This document shows positions 59,106 to 64,000 of a DNA stretch of 64,000 nucleotides, in pieces. The notes under the pieces were generated by a model that made no database searches, was not told where the DNA came from, and saw only the letters and a list, made by a program, of their open reading frames with translations. The translations under genes and the position numbers were made by a program. How positions within the stretch are numbered: the first letter of the stretch is position 1; every line of letters starts with the position of its first letter. This DNA comes from Negativicutes bacterium. Lineage in GTDB: Bacteria; Bacillota; JAAYKD01. The DNA is taken from the NCBI GenBank assembly GCA_021372785.1, contig JAJFTT010000009.1:12413-76412 (forward strand). Reading direction: 5' to 3'.

Positions 59106-61208
59106 TTGGCAAGAAGCAAATTTCAGCTGGAGGATATGCATCGTATCAAAGCAGCCCTTGATTTGCAATGGACAGAAGATGGCAGATACGCCTACTATGT
59201 CTTACAGAAAACGGATTTAAAGCAGGAAAAAAATCTCACCGATCTCTGGCAGTTGGATCTGGTCTCGGGTCAGGAGCGGCCGTTGACCGGCAGCGGTAAT
59301 AACCGGTTGCCGCGCCTTTCCCCGGATGCGACTCAACTGGCCTTTCTGTCCAGCCGGCAGGATAACGGCAATCGGATCTATATCCTGGACTTGGCTGCCG
59401 GCGGAGAAGCACGCTGCCTGTTTACAGCGGAAGCGGTTGAGGACTTTAGCTGGACGCCGGATGGTCAATCGATTGTCTATACGGCCGCCGTTTTTCCGTT
59501 TGATGAAGATTGGACTCCTTATGCGGGTGCTCCGGCCAAAGACGGAGCCCGCCTGAAAGAGGCGACCAGGTTGGCTGCCAGCGGTGAGCAGGACAAAAGA
59601 GAGAAAAATGAAATCAACCGTGTGAAAGTGATCACACGGTTCCATTATCGCATGGACGGGGTTGGTTATTTTGGTCAGGCAAGAACGCACAATTTTATCA
59701 TTCCCGTAGAGCAGAATATAAAAGAAGACTCAAAACCTACGGCACGGCAGCTTACATTTGGCGATTGGGATCACACTTTGGGTCAAATTTCCCCTTGCGG
59801 ACAATGGCTTTGTGTCAGCGGCTGCCACTGTCAGGATCCGGAAATAGAGCATCGTGACGATTTATGGCTTTACCCCATCCGCGGCGGAGAGCCGGTCTTA
59901 CTTTATCGCGCAGCCGGACCGAGCAAAGTCTTGTCCTGGAGCCCGGACGGCCGCTTTATTGCTTTTGCCGGACATCATAATACTTGGTTTGTTTCCAGCC
60001 GCACCGATGTCAACTTGCTGCCGGTATCCGCGTTTTTGCAGCAATTGGCGGGGGGGTTGGCGCCGGAGGCACTGACCCGGCAAAATGTGCTGAATCTGAC
60101 GGCGGCATATGACCGTCCGTATGGAGCAGGCGGAGGTCCGGAACCCAGAGTAGCCGGCGGACGCACCAGCATGTGGCGCCAAAACGAGTTCTGTTTTATG
60201 CTGGGGGATCAGGGGGCAGGCGTCTTGTATCATTTTATCGAAGGGCATACGGAATGCCTATGGCGGCAGGAACAATGCAGTCTGCTGTCATTTGCCGTTT
60301 CCGATCTGGGTTTGCTGCTGTTGATCACCTCTCCTGATCAATTGGCGGAATGGTTCTGGCTGCAGCAAGGGGTGTTGCGTCAGGTAACCCATCATAACGA
60401 TGCGCTGATGGCAGAACGTGAATTTGCCCATTGGCAGGCACGCAGCTTTGTCTCGGCAGAAGACGGTCAGCCGCTGCAGGGGTGGCTCTACTATCCGGCT
60501 CAGTTTGACCAAAGTAAGAAATATCCGCTCTTGCATTTGGTGCATGGCGGTCCGCACGGAGTTTTTGGACCTGCTTTTGAAATTGCCGCCCAGTACTTTG
60601 CCGCGCAAGGTTATTTCGTCCTCCTGATCAATCCCAGAGGTTCCATCACCTTTGGCGAAGAGTTCAGCCGCGTAATTGATCAAAACTGGGGTGACAGAGA
60701 CTATGCCGATCTGTTGGCCGGTTTGGATGATGCTCTTGCCACCGGTTTTATTGACCCCGCTAACTGTTTTATGCATGGTTGGAGTTACGGCGGCTACATG
60801 GCGTGCTGGTTTGCAACCCAAACCAAACGTTACAAAGCAATTTGCGGCGGCGCTGTGGTCAGCAGCCTCTCTTTCGATTACGGTTTGGCGGATAACACAA
60901 TGGCCAATGAATATGAGTACGGCGGTCAGCCATGGCAGGGCAAAGACAGTCAATTGGTCAAAAGTTCTCCGCTGAACTATGCCGGGCAGGTGGAAACCCC
61001 GCTTTTGTTACTGCATGGTGAGGACGATTTACGCTGCGGCATCGCCAACAGCGAAATATTCTACCAAGCTTTAAAGCGATTGGGCAAAGAAGTGGTAATG
61101 ATCCGCTATCCCGGTGAATATCACGGTTTCAAACGGCCGCTGCACCAGCTCGATCGTTACGAACGGATCTTTGCCTGGTTTGAATATTATAAAAACAAAA
61201 AGGTATAG
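59106..61208 (+). CDS. S9-family serine peptidase (prolyl oligopeptidase / acylaminoacyl-peptidase-like) with an N-terminal beta-propeller.
   Basis: GWSYGGYM (GxSxGG nucleophile), C-terminal LLLHGEDDLRC (Asp) and YPGEYHGF (His). 700 aa. TTG start with a GGGGGA ribosome-binding site. Confidence 0.75.
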   Translation: MARSKFQLEDMHRIKAALDLQWTEDGRYAYYVLQKTDLKQEKNLTDLWQLDLVSGQERPLTGSGNNRLPRLSPDATQLAFLSSRQDNGNRIYILDLAAGGEARCLFTAEAVEDFSWTPDGQSIVYTAAVFPFDEDWTPYAGAPAKDGARLKEATRLAASGEQDKREKNEINRVKVITRFHYRMDGVGYFGQARTHNFIIPVEQNIKEDSKPTARQLTFGDWDHTLGQISPCGQWLCVSGCHCQDPEIEHRDDLWLYPIRGGEPVLLYRAAGPSKVLSWSPDGRFIAFAGHHNTWFVSSRTDVNLLPVSAFLQQLAGGLAPEALTRQNVLNLTAAYDRPYGAGGGPEPRVAGGRTSMWRQNEFCFMLGDQGAGVLYHFIEGHTECLWRQEQCSLLSFAVSDLGLLLLITSPDQLAEWFWLQQGVLRQVTHHNDALMAEREFAHWQARSFVSAEDGQPLQGWLYYPAQFDQSKKYPLLHLVHGGPHGVFGPAFEIAAQYFAAQGYFVLLINPRGSITFGEEFSRVIDQNWGDRDYADLLAGLDDALATGFIDPANCFMHGWSYGGYMACWFATQTKRYKAICGGAVVSSLSFDYGLADNTMANEYEYGGQPWQGKDSQLVKSSPLNYAGQVETPLLLLHGEDDLRCGIANSEIFYQALKRLGKEVVMIRYPGEYHGFKRPLHQLDRYERIFAWFEYYKNKKV

Positions 61209-61403
61209 CAGGATATCAATTCGATGCCGGCTTGTGCAGCTCAGTCAGAGCCGCGTCAGCCGGTATTTTTTATGATGAGCGGGTCTTTCATGCCAGCCGG
61301 AAAAATATCAAGCTGACGAAAAAGGTTTTTGCGGGCCGAAGGAGAAATTAAGTACTTTGAGGATAACAGGATTAGGATTTTATGATAGAAAGGATCGGTT
61401 CAT

Positions 61404-62297
61404 ATGCACGATCATTTGATAATTGCCACCGCTTGTAACGGACAGATCAGGGCACTGGCGGCTGTTACCACCGGTTTAGTAGAGGAAGCGAGACAGCGGC
61501 ATGACTGTTGGCCAACTGCGGCTGCGGTTTTAGGACGCAGTCTGACCGGTGGGTTGCTGCTGGGGGCTATTTTAAAAAAAGGACAGCGTCTTACTTTAAG
61601 AGTGCTGGGCGACGGTCCCTGCGGTGCGGTCGTTGTCGATGTGGATGATAGTTCCCATGTCAGGGGTTATCTGCAGGAGCCGCATGTGAATCTACCTGCG
61701 ACAAGCGCCGGCAAATTGGATGTCGGCGGCGCTGTAGGCAAAGGTTTTTTGGCGATCAGTAAAGATTTGGGTTTCGGTGATCCCTATGTTGGGCAGGTAC
61801 CTTTGCAAAACGGAGAAATCGCCACGGATTTAGCCTACTATTTCGCCGTTTCAGAACAAATCCCCTCGGCAGTTGGGCTGGGAGTACTGGTCAACCCGGA
61901 CGGACAGGTCAAAACTGCCGGCGGGTATTTGCTGCAAATGCTGCCGGGAGCCGCACCGGATTTGGCCGAGATGCTGGAACAACGCCTGGCCGCAGCAGCG
62001 ATGCCCACAGAATTGATTCAAGAGGTCGAAACTGCTGAAGCAATGCTGAAACGCTTCTTTTCGGCGGATGAGTTGACGATTTTGGAAACCAGAGAGGTTT
62101 ATTACCAATGTAATTGCAGCAGGGAACGTCTGCAGCAGATTTTAATGAGTATCTCAGACGACGAACTACAGGAGATGACAGCAAAACAGGAACCGGTGGA
62201 AATGATTTGTCATTTCTGCCGAACAGCCTATTATTTTCAGCCGGAAGAAATCAGCGCCTTGCGCAAACGGAAGCAGGAAAAGCGGGACTCGAGATAA
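61404..62297 (+). CDS. hslO: Redox-regulated chaperone Hsp33.
   Basis: Conserved N-terminal domain plus a C-terminal zinc centre CNCS...CHFC (CxC...CxxC). 297 aa. Confidence 0.85.
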   Translation: MHDHLIIATACNGQIRALAAVTTGLVEEARQRHDCWPTAAAVLGRSLTGGLLLGAILKKGQRLTLRVLGDGPCGAVVVDVDDSSHVRGYLQEPHVNLPATSAGKLDVGGAVGKGFLAISKDLGFGDPYVGQVPLQNGEIATDLAYYFAVSEQIPSAVGLGVLVNPDGQVKTAGGYLLQMLPGAAPDLAEMLEQRLAAAAMPTELIQEVETAEAMLKRFFSADELTILETREVYYQCNCSRERLQQILMSISDDELQEMTAKQEPVEMICHFCRTAYYFQPEEISALRKRKQEKRDSR

Positions 62298-62313
62298 AAG
62301 TGAGGTGAGCCGT

Positions 62314-64000
62314 ATGTCCAAACGACGTAAGACCAATGGTAACCGGAACTTTGACAGTATTATGGAAGTGAAACAAACTGTTTTTCCCAAACAAACGGTT
62401 GTGATTGGAAATCACCGTCCAACGAATCGCGATCGTACGAACGCCAAAGCAACCCTTGTCATGCAGCCAATCAATCCAGCCGATCAGGCAGACATCACGC
62501 TGCAGCAGGCAATGGAGTCTTATGCTGCATCCGGTGAAACAAAGCAATTTCTGCATCAATTGCAGCCGGAGAGCGCAAAAGTTTCTGTCTGGCCGGAAAG
62601 CGACGACGCTTCTGCGGCTTTTCTCAATCCGGAACAAACGCCGGCAGGTCCTGAAGATGCTATTTCAGCTGATGATTTGCAGCCGGAGCACACAAATGCA
62701 GAAATCGATAGCGCGGAAGAACAGCTTGCACTGCCCAGAGCAGAAGAAGCCTTCGCTGAGGAGAGTTTACTTTCGGAACAAATGTTGTTTTCTCTGCTGC
62801 ATTTGCAGCAGGAAAACCGTATCCTGCTGCAAAGCAAGCAAAATGGAATCGAGCAGAAGTATCATAGATGGCTGCAGGAAGAAGCACGCCTGAAACTGCT
62901 CCATCGGGAGTATGAGCTCTTAATGGAGGAGGCAGAGCCGGAAGTTTACAGCAAGGCGGTGAGGGCCGGCGTGTCGATCTCCCGCGCGCTGCAGCAGATG
63001 CGCAGTGCACGGCAGAAAATGGAAACACAATTCCCCTGGCTGAAACGGAAAAATCAAACGGAAGAATCTGAAAAAAATGTAAATCCTGCCGCGGTGGCTG
63101 CAGAGCCTGCTTGTTCCGTCAATCAGGAAGCAGCAGCGAAACCAGAACCGTTTCAAGCGGAGAAGGATGATTTTTTGCGTTCTGATTTACCGCCGATGCC
63201 GATGGACAGTCGCCTGACCTTGCGCGGCGGTTCCGATGGCGGTCAACCGGGGGATAAGACTCCGGGCCGGCCGATGATAAATAATGTACCGCTCCTGATG
63301 GTGGACGATTCGGAATATACGGATTGGCATAATTATCTCTATCATCCAGCCAATACACCTGCTTCAACCGGAGGGCGCAGCCATGTGATTTTCAAAGCGG
63401 TAGCCGGCGGCAATGATAACGATGCGGCTTGCTATATGCTGGAAATGGTGCGTTATGGTAAACGAATTCTGATCGACGCCGGCATCCGGCTCTCTGGCCG
63501 CATTGAGCGTTTGCCGAATGTCCAAACAATACCAAAACCCGATTTGATCATCATCACACACGCACATTACAGCCAATGCGGCGCCTTACCGTATTTGGTG
63601 AAGCGTTGGCCGGATCTGCCGGTCTGGTGCAGTAAAGACTCCGAACCGATGATCGGAGCGATGCTTGATACCTTACTGCGGCCGGCAGAAGATCAGGACG
63701 ACTATTTCATCGAAGCACCGGTTTACGAAGCGGCGGAGATCAAGGCAGTTCAACTGACAGTCAAAGAGATTGGAGTAAAATATTATCCGTTCCATGATGA
63801 TTTATCAATTACGCTCTACGCTGCCGGTCATCTGCCCGGTGCAGTCAGTATTGCGGTGCAAGGTCAGGATGATTCTGTCTTTATTACCGCCGATTTTACA
63901 AAACACAAAGAAAAAACCGCTCTGGCTGCCGTGTGGCCTACGGAGAATTTCGATATCATGATTCTTAACATCACCAATGGGCAATTTCCTCATTTTGAAC
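62314..64000 (+). CDS. Partial (3' end beyond the window) protein with a long low-complexity / coiled-coil N-terminal region and a C-terminal metallo-beta-lactamase-fold domain with a degenerate metal motif.
   Basis: Frame 1 is open from ATG 62314 (ribosome-binding site GTGAGGTGA) to the window end, and is absent from the ORF track because there is no stop. The MBL-like segment reads ILIDAGI...DLIIITHAHYSQCGALPYL, i.e. HAHYSQ where the canonical motif is HxHxDH. Confidence 0.5.
   Translation, partial: MSKRRKTNGNRNFDSIMEVKQTVFPKQTVVIGNHRPTNRDRTNAKATLVMQPINPADQADITLQQAMESYAASGETKQFLHQLQPESAKVSVWPESDDASAAFLNPEQTPAGPEDAISADDLQPEHTNAEIDSAEEQLALPRAEEAFAEESLLSEQMLFSLLHLQQENRILLQSKQNGIEQKYHRWLQEEARLKLLHREYELLMEEAEPEVYSKAVRAGVSISRALQQMRSARQKMETQFPWLKRKNQTEESEKNVNPAAVAAEPACSVNQEAAAKPEPFQAEKDDFLRSDLPPMPMDSRLTLRGGSDGGQPGDKTPGRPMINNVPLLMVDDSEYTDWHNYLYHPANTPASTGGRSHVIFKAVAGGNDNDAACYMLEMVRYGKRILIDAGIRLSGRIERLPNVQTIPKPDLIIITHAHYSQCGALPYLVKRWPDLPVWCSKDSEPMIGAMLDTLLRPAEDQDDYFIEAPVYEAAEIKAVQLTVKEIGVKYYPFHDDLSITLYAAGHLPGAVSIAVQGQDDSVFITADFTKHKEKTALAAVWPTENFDIMILNITNGQFPHFE

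Noticed and set aside
1-64000. CRISPR arrays, tRNA/rRNA genes, integrases, transposases or prophage genes
   Set aside because: No regularly spaced repeat array was seen; the only repeats are a 14-nt pair and a 10-nt motif pair. No GTTCGAATC-type T-loops in tRNA-like context. No recombinase or transposase motifs appear in any listed ORF.

Overview
This window reads as chromosome from a moderately GC-rich anaerobic, amino-acid-fermenting Firmicute, mostly on the + strand, with two clearly AT-rich islets. The islets lie at the window start (about 1-2717) and at about 41340-42770.

Main content, in order along the window:
- a partial lipoprotein, a secreted C39-like (YvpB-family) cysteine peptidase and about 1 kb of AT-rich non-coding DNA;
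- a high-molecular-weight rubredoxin (flavin reductase-rubredoxin fusion), divergent from a glycyl-radical enzyme (GRE) activase plus a 786-aa GRE of the dehydratase/eliminase (Cys-x-Glu) class;
- an orphan hypothetical ORF and a glutamate:Na+ symporter (gltS);
- rapZ (carrying an in-frame TAA), yvcK, lgt, an M24 Xaa-Pro peptidase, ackA, a MupG-like pseudogene remnant and a GNAT acetyltransferase;
- a hypothetical protein plus a two-domain AAA+ ATPase and an M20 peptidase;
- corA, a Na/Pi cotransporter, an amidohydrolase, signal peptidase I and a degenerate standalone Smr-domain protein;
- an unusual pair of P-loop NTPases, one phosphotransacetylase-N-terminal/CobQ-like and one a MutS domain-V ATPase lacking mismatch-binding and Smr domains;
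- a sigma70-type promoter and a lysine riboswitch driving a complete lysine-fermentation operon (kal-kce-kdd-kamA-kamD-kamE-thiolase-crt-hbd-atoD-atoA);
- an aldo-keto reductase with an Fe-S domain, a DUF2812-like membrane protein, an amidohydrolase-3 enzyme and an APC permease preceded on the - strand by a second lysine riboswitch with its own terminator;
- a class II (B12-dependent) ribonucleotide reductase;
- a decayed N-terminal fragment of an FtsX permease, a Ser/Thr dehydratase, a LolCDE/MacB-like ABC system (permease-ATPase-permease, the second permease carrying a fused barrel-sandwich domain) and PspA plus a coiled-coil membrane partner;
- thiamine pyrophosphokinase, a 1.1 kb gene-poor stretch, a secreted transglutaminase-like protease, an S9 peptidase, Hsp33, and a partial protein ending in a degenerate metallo-beta-lactamase domain.

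I saw no rRNA, tRNA, CRISPR array, integrase or transposase.

Most interesting:
- two lysine riboswitches with apparently opposite logic bracketing the lysine catabolic locus;
- the uncharacterised NTPase pair just upstream of that locus;
- two in-frame stop codons in otherwise intact genes (rapZ and the C39-like peptidase);
- gene-decay remnants (MupG-like, FtsX fragment);
- the AT-rich islets.
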